From Candidatus Micrarchaeota archaeon (lineage in GTDB: Archaea > Micrarchaeota > Micrarchaeia > Anstonellales > Bilamarchaeaceae): 61,634 nt of DNA. How positions within the stretch are numbered: the stretch's first letter is position 1; each line of letters opens with the position of its first letter. The DNA is taken from contig WJMK01000040.1 in assembly GCA_014727975.1 (NCBI GenBank), positions 1-61,634 on the forward strand. The letters run 5' to 3'. The translations under genes and the position numbers were made by a program. Shown piece by piece: positions 18,455 through 26,235 of this stretch. Below the pieces are notes generated by a model. The model was not told the origin of the DNA. It saw only the letters and a program-made list of their open reading frames with translations, and did not search any database.

Positions 18455-18829
18455 CTAGATTAAGCCGTTCTCGCGGAAAAACTGCTTTGCCTCTGCCAGC
18501 CTTTTCTCCCCGAAACTTGGGAAAAGCCTGAGCTTGTTCTCCCAATCGGGAGTGGAAGAAAGGAACTTTTTCAGGTCTGGAAGAGCCGGGGAAGAAATGC
18601 ATGCTTCCTTTTGGAAGAATTTTTTCAGGAGCCGGTATGTCTGGGTGGAGAGGGAAGAGAAAGGGGAGCGCGACCATTCGCTCCGCTCCTTTTCCCGTGC
18701 ATAAATCTGGTTGAGGCGCTGCCTGCTTATGCCAAGGGACCTTGCGATGCGGGCCCTTGGCTCACCTCCATCAATGCGCATAACTGCCCGGATATTGCGG
18801 CTGCTTTTGCAGGTTGAGGGAAAATTCAT
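18455..18829 (-). CDS. Small DNA-binding protein: N-terminal HTH plus RNAP alpha-CTD-like helix-hairpin-helix
   Basis: The HTH is RARIARSLGISRQRLNQIY. The C-terminal LSTQTYRLLKK...FPSFGEKRLAEAKQFFRENGL resembles alpha-CTD LTVRSANCLK...NLGKKSLTEIKDVLASRGL. Confidence 0.4.
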   Translation of the reverse strand: MNFPSTCKSSRNIRAVMRIDGGEPRARIARSLGISRQRLNQIYAREKERSEWSRSPFSSLSTQTYRLLKKFFQKEACISSPALPDLKKFLSSTPDWENKLRLFPSFGEKRLAEAKQFFRENGLI

Positions 18830-19719
18830 AAATTACCAGCCTTCCTGCCCCCATATGCACGAAGGAGGCGCCTTGCCTTGAGCTGTTTTGGGAGGCTGCG
18901 CATAAATGCGTAGTCCATCGCGGTGCGCCCCTCTCCGTCCTGCTTGTTTACATTTGCGCCTGCGGAAAGCAGGGCAAGGCAGATTTCAAGATGCCCACGG
19001 GATGCAGCCTGCATAAGCGGGGTGACTCCATATCTGTCTCCGGCATCAACATCCGCTCCGCTTTTGATGAGCTTGTTTGCAAGCCCGATATTTCCGCGGG
19101 TTGCAGCCCAAAAAAGAGGCGTTTCCTTTCCGCTAGTGAAAAGGTTTGGGTCTGCTCCAGACTCCAGGAGGAACTCTGCAGCCTCAGGATAGCCATTCCT
19201 TGAAACGTTGAGCAGGGCAGTCCAGCCATCTTCATCCTGTGCATTAATGTCTGCGCCTGCGGAGAGAAGGAACTTCATGAGGGGAATGTTGCCTGTCCTT
19301 GAAACAGAAAGCAGGGGAGTTTCCCCAATCTTCTCATCCCGGGAATCCACGGGCGCCCCTTTCTGGAGGGAATCTTTGAGCCTGCGGATATCGCCCTGCT
19401 TTGCAGACTCCAGTAGTTGCTCTTTAACTTGTTCAGGGTCCACCTGCACAACCGGGGCTCTTTTCTCGGTTGCAGAAAAGGTGGCTGCAAGGGCCCCGGT
19501 GGCAACCGCCACGCTGATTGTGCCTATAATTATGGGTTTCTTGAACCTGCGAAAAGTTTTTGCTGCGGGCTTTTGCAGGCTGTGCAGGAAGCTTCCGGTT
19601 TTGGTTGCCCTGTGCCTGAGCTGCAGCATTGTGTATTTGAGCCGGGTTACCCTGTCCATTTTCTGGGTAGCTTCGGGCATTGGCTCGGTTGGGGCGTCCC
19701 TGCGGGCGGGTTTTTTCAT
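18826..19719 (-). CDS. Membrane-anchored ankyrin-repeat protein
   Basis: TM helix IIIGTISVAVATGALAATF followed by at least 4 ankyrin repeats (G.TPL..A...G......LL..GAD.N pattern). Its stop overlaps the next start as ATGA. Confidence 0.8.
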   Translation of the reverse strand: MKKPARRDAPTEPMPEATQKMDRVTRLKYTMLQLRHRATKTGSFLHSLQKPAAKTFRRFKKPIIIGTISVAVATGALAATFSATEKRAPVVQVDPEQVKEQLLESAKQGDIRRLKDSLQKGAPVDSRDEKIGETPLLSVSRTGNIPLMKFLLSAGADINAQDEDGWTALLNVSRNGYPEAAEFLLESGADPNLFTSGKETPLFWAATRGNIGLANKLIKSGADVDAGDRYGVTPLMQAASRGHLEICLALLSAGANVNKQDGEGRTAMDYAFMRSLPKQLKARRLLRAYGGRKAGNL

Positions 19720-19777
19720 AATATAAGTTGTGTCTAAAGTTGTTTAAAAAGGTAATGGTTTGGAAGCAATTGCGGGG

Positions 19778-20002
19778 CTACTTTTCGCTTTGCTCTTTTT
19801 CTGAGCCGCGGATACAATAATAGCCATGCGTGAGGCCCATCTCCTTTGTAACCGGGCAGGCTCCGCAGATGCAGCCTTTTTCTTCCTTTATGCAGCTGCT
19901 TTTCCCTATGCTTGGGAGGCAATATGCAATCTTTTCCTTGCACTCTACAAAACTGGGGCACTGCCTGCAGATGCACATCTCAATTGCTTTTTTTTCATCC
20001 AT
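19778..20002 (-). CDS. Cys-rich small protein, DUF2769-like
   Basis: CICRQCPSFVEC...YC...SSCIKEEKGCICGACPV...YYC pattern. Confidence 0.55.
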   Translation of the reverse strand: MDEKKAIEMCICRQCPSFVECKEKIAYCLPSIGKSSCIKEEKGCICGACPVTKEMGLTHGYYCIRGSEKEQSEK

Positions 20003-20052
20003 CCTGACACCTGTTTTTGGGGTCTGCAGGGAGATTTATAATCCTTCCAGGC

Positions 20053-20886
20053 TCAGCTGCGGGCTTCCTTCGCCTCTTTTGCAATCCTGCGCGCCGTGGA
20101 AACAGAAAGCCCTGTTGCCTTCGTGAGCTCTTTTGGGTTTTCCGGAATGTCCTGCACCACAACAAATCCTTTTTTGAGCATGGTGCGGAGAGTATGCTTC
20201 TTCATATTGATTACGCTTATGGGATAGCACTTGGTGCGGTCTGCAAGAATTTCAAGGCTCCCGTCCCTGGGGTAGGCCCAGCCAATCAGCCTCATGCCCA
20301 CGCATTCTGCATACTTAAGCACATGCGAGGAAAACTTTGCATTGGTGGTGAGGCAGGGCTTTGTAAAGGGGATCTTGGAATGTAGGCGGGCGCCCTCTGC
20401 CAGGTCCTGGAAGCGGGCATGGATATAGAGCGCGGTCTGGATGCGGCATTTTGTTCCGGGCTCATTGCGGAACTTGCATTCCACCATTATCTTTTCGCGG
20501 CCCTTTTTTGCAACCACATCCACTTCATGGGTCACGCACCTCCCTATGGGGATTGCGCGGAGCTCGGTTTCATAGCCAAGGAACTGGAAAAGCTTGGCTG
20601 CGTAATCCTCGAAAAAGTATCCTGCGGGCCCGAGCTTGACAAGTGCCTGCTTAAGGTTGAATCGGTATTTTTTCTCCGGGCGGAGGCCCCTCACTATGGA
20701 ATATAGCTTGGAATAAATCTGGCGGGTGGTCATCCCATCCTTAAGCTTAGGGTAAAGGAGCTTGAGCGCGGTATTGGATTCCTTGTGGCTCAGCCCGCTC
20801 CTTCTCAATGCACGCCTTACCTTTGCAGGCTTGAACTTTTCCTTTGTGCCATCCTTCTTTATTACCGTAATGTCCAGCTTCTTCAT
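20053..20886 (-). CDS. ATP-cone domain fused to PD-(D/E)xK (Mrr-like) restriction-endonuclease domain
   Basis: The N-terminal VIKKDGTKEKFKPAKVRRALRRSGL is typical of an ATP-cone. The core HEVDVVAKKGREKIMVECKF fits D...(D/E)xK. Confidence 0.6.
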   Translation of the reverse strand: MKKLDITVIKKDGTKEKFKPAKVRRALRRSGLSHKESNTALKLLYPKLKDGMTTRQIYSKLYSIVRGLRPEKKYRFNLKQALVKLGPAGYFFEDYAAKLFQFLGYETELRAIPIGRCVTHEVDVVAKKGREKIMVECKFRNEPGTKCRIQTALYIHARFQDLAEGARLHSKIPFTKPCLTTNAKFSSHVLKYAECVGMRLIGWAYPRDGSLEILADRTKCYPISVINMKKHTLRTMLKKGFVVVQDIPENPKELTKATGLSVSTARRIAKEAKEARS

Positions 20887-20911
20887 TGTGCAAAATAATC
20901 AGGGAAGGGTT

Positions 20912-21274
20912 TTATTCCTTGTGATTCCTGGAAAGCTCGTGGAGGAGGGGAAGGCTCAGGAGCCCAAAGGGAAGGGAGAAGAGTATTGCGAAAACAAGGA
21001 GCTTGCGCGCGTGCTTCCTTCCCACATTAAAGCGGCTGGAGAAAATGCATGTGGCAAGGGAAAAGAGAAGGATTATTGTGAATGCGCCTGTGGGCAGGGC
21101 CAGCCAGAAGCCCTCCAGCTCATAAATCGGGAAAGTTATCAGGAAGCCAAGCGCACCTGTGAAAATAATGTTGAGGGCTGCGGGGATGTATGCTCCCCCA
21201 ATGCGGTCTGTGAGCGCAAGCAGCCGCTTGCCTATGAATGAGCCGCTTGCCTGTTTTACTCTTTTCACCAGCAT
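20912..21274 (-). CDS. Small polytopic membrane protein
   Basis: The start was trimmed to Met51 of the track ORF so that it no longer overlaps the upstream gene. It has 3-4 hydrophobic helices. Confidence 0.4.
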   Translation of the reverse strand: MLVKRVKQASGSFIGKRLLALTDRIGGAYIPAALNIIFTGALGFLITFPIYELEGFWLALPTGAFTIILLFSLATCIFSSRFNVGRKHARKLLVFAILFSLPFGLLSLPLLHELSRNHKE

Positions 21275-21293
21275 CCTGTCTAAATCCAAAAAA

Positions 21294-22829
21294 TCACTTC
21301 CTTCCTGCAAAAAGCAGTGCTGCAAGCAATATGAATGCGGTCCCGCAGCACTCCTCTCCCCCTGGAGTGGAAACAGGTGTTGCGCCTGCATATGAGGAAA
21401 CCAGGCTGGATGCATCAGGGCCAAGGGAATTGTATTCGCTGGAAACAGTCTGCCCGTTTCCTTCGGTATAAGTTAGCTCTCCGGTGGATTTGTCCAGGGT
21501 GACTACCGAGCCTGCAGGGAAATCCGCAGTATACCATTCCCCTGTCTCCGGGTCCTGGACATCCACATATATTGTGCCTTCAATTGCCTTTACCCCTTCT
21601 TCTGAATTAGTGTTCCAGAGCTGGAAAGCGGTCCCCCTCGCACCTACAAAAAGAGTTTCCATCTTTACGACAAATTCTCGTTCAGCGCTTTTCTCGACCT
21701 TTATCCAGCACTCCCCTTCATTAAGGAAAAACCCTTCAATATCCATTTCGATTACTGTGCCCGGATTGGCAATAAAATAAGAGCCGTCCGGCCACACAAC
21801 CATTGTCCGCTCATTTGTTTTAATCCTGTCATCGAATTCAAGCATTACCTTGTTTCCGGTTAGGGGGGTTCCGCCGCGGGATATTTCCATTGTGGGGCCA
21901 ACTGCCATTGCAACCCTGTCCCCGGAAAAATCCGCGCTGAAGCATGCGCATGAGGGATGCTGGAGCTGAAACTGGGAGGATGGGCAGGAGTTGCTGCACC
22001 TGAGGTCAGATTTGCATCCTTCCCCGGTATATACTGCGGACTCCTGAGTGCACTCCTGGGTTGGGGCCTGGCCCTCAGAAGGGACAGATGCACAGTCAAC
22101 CCCTTCTGCATCACAGCCCTGGGGGCATTCCTCAATATCGCATATGGGCTCCCCATTCTCAGGGTTGCAGTAGCAATTGTAGTAGTGTGTGCTTACGTAG
22201 CATGATTCTTCGGCATAACTATCATAGAAATCTTCGCAATAGTCTGATTCAGGGGCGCTTGCGCACCCTGCATGCGGATTGTCTTCAATGCACCCATGCG
22301 GGCAGGTCTGGATTGGGGTGAGGTCCAATACTTCGCACCTTCCATCCCCAGTGTATTCCATCTCATATAGTTTTCCGTTTATGCATGATGTTGGGCAGGC
22401 ATCGCCCCCTGCATAATCCTCGTACCCTCCCGGATATGGCTCCCCCTCATCGTCGGGGTAAAGGTAATCGCAGTTGGATTCGCAGTTTTCCTTTGTCCTG
22501 CTTGCAGAAAGGATTGCTTCCTCCTTGCAGCAGGCCTGGAGCTGGTCATCGCAACCCGGGCTTCCTTCATCCGTGCAGATTAAGAGCTCCGCAAGGCACT
22601 TTGCCATGTTCGCATAGGGGCCTGAGCCTCCGTAGGTGCTTACGCGCGGGCAGGTTCCCCCATACGTATGGTGCTCGGTGTACATCATCTGGGATGCCAT
22701 GTCTTCTGCTTCAAAAACAGCGGCATCGTAATCTGCCTGGCAATCAGAATAACATTCTGAGCGGGAACCTGCAGAAAAGGAAACTGCTGCGAGGACTAGC
22801 AGTGCAAACAAGGCAAGAGTAGATTTCAT
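21294..22829 (-). CDS. Secreted Cys-rich surface protein with FecR-like domain and C-terminal Cys-Gly/TM/basic anchor
   Basis: Signal peptide, more than 40 Cys, and a FecR-like block (LFVGARGTAFQLWN...IEGTIYV). The C-terminus is GGEECCGTAFILLAALLFAGRK. Confidence 0.5.
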   Translation of the reverse strand: MKSTLALFALLVLAAVSFSAGSRSECYSDCQADYDAAVFEAEDMASQMMYTEHHTYGGTCPRVSTYGGSGPYANMAKCLAELLICTDEGSPGCDDQLQACCKEEAILSASRTKENCESNCDYLYPDDEGEPYPGGYEDYAGGDACPTSCINGKLYEMEYTGDGRCEVLDLTPIQTCPHGCIEDNPHAGCASAPESDYCEDFYDSYAEESCYVSTHYYNCYCNPENGEPICDIEECPQGCDAEGVDCASVPSEGQAPTQECTQESAVYTGEGCKSDLRCSNSCPSSQFQLQHPSCACFSADFSGDRVAMAVGPTMEISRGGTPLTGNKVMLEFDDRIKTNERTMVVWPDGSYFIANPGTVIEMDIEGFFLNEGECWIKVEKSAEREFVVKMETLFVGARGTAFQLWNTNSEEGVKAIEGTIYVDVQDPETGEWYTADFPAGSVVTLDKSTGELTYTEGNGQTVSSEYNSLGPDASSLVSSYAGATPVSTPGGEECCGTAFILLAALLFAGRK

Positions 22830-22861
22830 GGAAAAAGAATGCTGTTAATGTTTAAAATACC

Positions 22862-23017
22862 CTAAGCGGGAGAAATTCTTCCGTTCTTGAGCTTTGCCTG
22901 GCATTCCGGGCAAAGAAGTGCAATCTCCTTGTTGAAAGCCCTTGAGCGCCAGCCCTTCGGGTACCCATATGAGCGGGCTTTGCCCCGGATTCTACAGTTA
23001 GCGCATACGTAATACAT
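22862..23017 (-). CDS. Small zinc-ribbon protein
   Basis: CANC...CPEC pairs. AGGTGG lies about 10 nt upstream of ATG 23017, and a TATA-like gctttatatatt lies further upstream. Confidence 0.4.
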   Translation of the reverse strand: MYYVCANCRIRGKARSYGYPKGWRSRAFNKEIALLCPECQAKLKNGRISPA

Positions 23018-23123
23018 AGTGAACCACCTAAAAGTGCCAAACAACACTAATTAGTATACATATTACGCAGTGGTAATATATAAAGCTACGCTTTTTGCAG
23101 TGTTTTGACACACTTTACCATAA

Positions 23124-23825
23124 TCACTGCTTAATATAAACCCGGGTAATTACCACATCCTCAACCGGCCAGTCCCCGTGCATTCCCCTGTTTGCGGTTT
23201 CCACAGACTCTATGAAATCAACCACATCCATTCCGGAAATAACCTTCCCAAACACCGCATATCCATCATTTCCGGGCGCATAATCCAGGAAAGGGTTGTC
23301 TGCAGTGTTGATAAAAAACTGGGAGGTTGCGGAATCAGGGTCCATTGTGCGTGCCATGGCAACTGTGCCGCGCAAATTCTTAAGCCCGTTCTGGGACTCT
23401 AGTGCTATGGGGCTGTGGGTTTCTTTCTGGGTGCCGTTTGCATGGAATCCTCCTCCCTGCACCATGAATCCGGGGATTACGCGGTGGAAAACAGTCCCAT
23501 CATAGAATCCTTCATTTGCATATGTTTTGAAATTTTCCACAGTTATGGGGGCTTCGTTTCCGTAGAGCTCTAATTCAATTGTCCCTTTTGAGGTTTCGAT
23601 TACTACTACTTCCGTGGCTTCGGGCGCCAACTCTGATTCGGGCTCATGCTCGGGCTCCGGTTCCATTTCCTCTGCCTCTTCCTCTGGCTCGGGCTCCGGA
23701 TCGGGCTCTTCTTCGGGCTCCGGCTCCCCTTGCTGCTGGGCATGGGGACCTAGGAAAAATGCTGCAACAAGCAGCACAACAAAAATCCCTGCAAGAACTG
23801 AAACTGCATGCTCCTGACTACTCAT
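23124..23825 (-). CDS. Cyclophilin-type peptidyl-prolyl cis-trans isomerase, membrane-anchored with acidic stalk
   Basis: FHRVIPGFMVQGGGF and MARTMDPDSATSQFFIN motifs, with an N-terminal TM helix. Confidence 0.9.
   Translation of the reverse strand: MSSQEHAVSVLAGIFVVLLVAAFFLGPHAQQQGEPEPEEEPDPEPEPEEEAEEMEPEPEHEPESELAPEATEVVVIETSKGTIELELYGNEAPITVENFKTYANEGFYDGTVFHRVIPGFMVQGGGFHANGTQKETHSPIALESQNGLKNLRGTVAMARTMDPDSATSQFFINTADNPFLDYAPGNDGYAVFGKVISGMDVVDFIESVETANRGMHGDWPVEDVVITRVYIKQ
23631..23726 (-). repeat. Glu/Pro low-complexity coding repeat (EPEPEEEPDPEPEPEEE...)
   Basis: Iterated ggctc/cgg units are visible on the + strand. The segment encodes the stalk between the TM anchor and the cyclophilin domain. 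Confidence 0.7.
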
Positions 23826-23840
23826 TTTGGTTCACCTGAA

Positions 23841-24080
23841 TTAATCTTTTGCCTTGGGCATCTTTTTTATGTCGCACATCCCGCCGCAGGTGTTTATGCC
23901 AAGGGCGGAATAGGCAGGGCACTTTCCAAAGAGCCCGGTAAGCACCAGGATTGCCCCGAGAATGAGTACCAGGTAGGACAACAGAGGCTCAATGTAAACA
24001 AGCGAACCTGTGATAAATGCGATTCCAAATGCTACCCTGAATATGCGGTCAATCATTCCTACATTATGGTCTTTTGCCAT
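23841..24080 (-). CDS. DUF2892 (YgaP-like) small membrane protein
   Basis: DRIFRVAFGIAFI...LTGLFGKCPAYSALGINTC pattern. ATG 24080 was chosen over the upstream GTG. Confidence 0.6.
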   Translation of the reverse strand: MAKDHNVGMIDRIFRVAFGIAFITGSLVYIEPLLSYLVLILGAILVLTGLFGKCPAYSALGINTCGGMCDIKKMPKAKD

Positions 24081-24111
24081 TTTTCCCACCTGGTGTTTTC
24101 ATTCAGGAAAA

Positions 24112-24122
24112 GCTTAATAAGG
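24112..24122. promoter_or_regulatory. Shared TATA-like box for divergent DUF2892 gene and mscL
   Basis: gcttaataagg lies about 32-35 nt from both the ATG at 24080 (-) and the ATG at 24151 (+). Confidence 0.45.
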
Positions 24123-24150
24123 TAATCATGATTAGAAAACCGGTGCAGAA

Positions 24151-24504
24151 ATGGGCATAAAGGAAGAAATCATGGAGTTCCTCAAGGAATACAAGGTAAT
24201 CGGGCTGGCGGTTGCATTCATCATAGGGGCCGCAACAAATGACCTTGTGAAATCTCTTGTGGACAATGTATTTATGCCGCTGGTGGGCCCGCTTATTCCA
24301 GGAGGAGGGTGGGAAACCGCAACCGTGGCGCTCGGGCCGGTTGTAATCAGGTGGGGGCCATTCCTCTCATCGCTGATCTACTTTATCATAATCGCTATCG
24401 TGGTATTCCTTATCGCAAAAAAAAGTGCTGAAGGAAGAAAAGGTTGGGAAGAAGTAGCTTTCCCTTCTTCTTTTTGCAAATCTTTTTATTATTGCAGTGT
24501 TTAG
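24151..24504 (+). CDS. mscL: Large-conductance mechanosensitive channel
   Basis: FLKEYKVIGLAVAFIIGAA..DLVKSLVDNVFMPLVG plus a second TM helix and a charged cluster. Confidence 0.85.
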   Translation: MGIKEEIMEFLKEYKVIGLAVAFIIGAATNDLVKSLVDNVFMPLVGPLIPGGGWETATVALGPVVIRWGPFLSSLIYFIIIAIVVFLIAKKSAEGRKGWEEVAFPSSFCKSFYYCSV

Positions 24505-24512
24505 TTGATCAC

Positions 24513-25145
24513 ATGGAGGAAAAAAAGAGCGGGCTGGACAAGGCGATTGCTGTTTTTGGGGTAGGGCTAAGCGCATTTGGCATATTGCTTGCAATCTGGT
24601 TTCTTTTCCTGTTCAACGGAATGATTGATTCAGTCCACCAGGCAGGAATAGAGCAGGCAGACGCAGTAATTTCTGTGTTGCAGAATACAAGGATTGTAGT
24701 AAATTCAACTGCAGAGTCAGTAGATTCATTTGCGGAATTTGCAGGGGATGCATACATAACGATGCAGAGCTCTGCTGATGTGATGGCGGATATGTCTGGT
24801 GCGGTAAGCGGGCTTGCAGGGGCAGTGGGGGCAATCCCTTATATGCCTGCAGAAGTGAGCGGGTCGCTTTACTCAACAGCTTCAGATATGGACACTGCAG
24901 CAGTTTCCATGCAGGAAACCGCAGGCTCCATGGAAGGAGTTGCAAACGAAACCCTATCAGCTTCGCTTGGCATAAATGCAATTGAGGAAGATGTTGGGAA
25001 AGGAATTGCAAACCTGGAAAAAACCAAGAAGGAGCTTGATGCGATGCACCTCACCGCAAAAACAGGGCTTTTCCTGGGCACAGGGCTGCTGGTGATGCTT
25101 TTTGCGCTCAACGGGCTGAGCTTCTACAGGCAGCTCCGGGGCTAA
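24513..25145 (+). CDS. Hypothetical bitopic membrane protein (N- and C-terminal TM helices)
   Basis: Start set to ATG 24513 (MEEKKSG), just after the mscL stop. The central region is Ala/Ser/Met-rich. Confidence 0.4.
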   Translation: MEEKKSGLDKAIAVFGVGLSAFGILLAIWFLFLFNGMIDSVHQAGIEQADAVISVLQNTRIVVNSTAESVDSFAEFAGDAYITMQSSADVMADMSGAVSGLAGAVGAIPYMPAEVSGSLYSTASDMDTAAVSMQETAGSMEGVANETLSASLGINAIEEDVGKGIANLEKTKKELDAMHLTAKTGLFLGTGLLVMLFALNGLSFYRQLRG

Positions 25146-25188
25146 TGCAGAAATTATTAAAAGGGTTTAAGGGCCTAAACTAAATTGC

Positions 25189-25515
25189 ATGGGAGCAAAA
25201 GAAGTGGAGAAGTCACTGGAATTCCTGGGCCTGTCCGAGAAGGAGTCTGCAATCTACCTTTTTGTATGCACACATCCCGGGACCACAGGGGGAAGGATAA
25301 TCAAGGTCCTGAAAATTGCCCGCTCCAAAACATATGATGCGCTGGAAAAGCTTGTTTCCATGGGGCTCCTGGAAAAAGATGAAAGCGGGGTTGCGAAATA
25401 CACCTCTGCAGGAAGGGAGAGCCTCGAGTCCATCTACAGGAGCAAAGTGGAGGAGGTCGGGAAAGCAATCCAGTATATTATCCGCAAAGGCACAGGGGGA
25501 GTATCTGTAAATTAG
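25189..25515 (+). CDS. TrmB-family winged-helix transcriptional regulator
   Basis: LEFLGLSEKESAIYLFV....GTTGGRIIKVLKIARSKTYDALEKLVSMGLL is the typical TrmB N-terminal wHTH. Confidence 0.7.
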   Translation: MGAKEVEKSLEFLGLSEKESAIYLFVCTHPGTTGGRIIKVLKIARSKTYDALEKLVSMGLLEKDESGVAKYTSAGRESLESIYRSKVEEVGKAIQYIIRKGTGGVSVN

Positions 25516-25559
25516 GATTTTTTGCATAATCTTAAAAGATAAATGCACGAGTTTAGGCC

Positions 25560-25913
25560 ATGAACTGGAAAAGATTGGCTATTGCACTCCTGGTCGGGGC
25601 GCTGGCCGGAGTTTTCTGCGCATATGGCACCAGCGAGCTGGACCCGGAGGAAATGGGATTTGAGATTGATGATGCGCTGCTGATAACTACCTTCTATAAC
25701 CGGTTGCTTATCGGGCTGGTTGTGGGCCTTGCAGGGGGAGTTGTGCTCCTGAATGGGGTGCTTGCGAATGCTGCGCTCAGGGGACTTGTCCTTGGGGCAG
25801 TTGTGAGCGTTGCAATCGGGTTCTACGGGGGGATGGAAATACTCGTGCTCTTTGGGGCAATCTACGGATTAATTGCAGATGTAGTTGCAACTAAATTTGG
25901 CGGAGAGTACTGA
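25560..25913 (+). CDS. Small polytopic membrane protein
   Basis: Four hydrophobic helices. A TATA-like cttaaaagataaa lies about 30 nt upstream. Confidence 0.45.
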   Translation: MNWKRLAIALLVGALAGVFCAYGTSELDPEEMGFEIDDALLITTFYNRLLIGLVVGLAGGVVLLNGVLANAALRGLVLGAVVSVAIGFYGGMEILVLFGAIYGLIADVVATKFGGEY

Positions 25914-25945
25914 AAAAGGCAGAACGGCAAAAGGAGGGAAAGGGG

Positions 25946-26173
25946 TTAATCCCTTTCTTCTTTCTTTTCCTTCCTGGTGGGCATGGGGGGCGGGGAAAGC
26001 ATTGTCTTGCCTTCAATGGGCTTTATGGTGTTGTCATGCCCGGGCGCCTCTACTTTCGGGGGAAGCTGGAAACCCGGGGTAACCTCGTTTATGAGTTTTG
26101 CGTCCCTTTCCATTACTTCGCGCGCAAAATCCTCCTGGAAATTAGCAGTGAATTTGAACTCTTTTTTCTTCAT
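25946..26173 (-). CDS. Small hypothetical protein
   Basis: Start trimmed to MKKKEFKF, with a shared TATA box about 25 nt upstream. No motif found. Confidence 0.35.
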   Translation of the reverse strand: MKKKEFKFTANFQEDFAREVMERDAKLINEVTPGFQLPPKVEAPGHDNTIKPIEGKTMLSPPPMPTRKEKKEERD

Positions 26174-26194
26174 GGAGGTACTTTGGGGAGAGGG

Positions 26195-26205
26195 CTTTAA
26201 ATAGG
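26195..26205. promoter_or_regulatory. Shared TATA-like box for divergent pair 26173(-)/26236(+)
   Basis: ctttaaatagg lies in a 62-nt divergent spacer, about 25 nt from one ATG and about 35 nt from the other. Confidence 0.45.
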
Positions 26206-26235
26206 TTTTTAAGCGGTCCCTGGCAAAGAAAACCC

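Noticed and set aside
13443-23825. The run of 11 co-oriented minus-strand genes as one functional system or super-operon.
   Set aside because: Several members have their own TATA boxes (lig, the ankyrin gene, the Zn-ribbon gene), and the functions are heterogeneous. Only the overlapping pairs (lig/polX and ankyrin/HTH) are treated as units.
23579-23839. Plus-strand ORFs opposite the cyclophilin acidic stalk (23579..23839, 23614..23817).
   Set aside because: They are Ser/Gly/Leu/Pro low-complexity mirror images of the Glu/Pro repeat.
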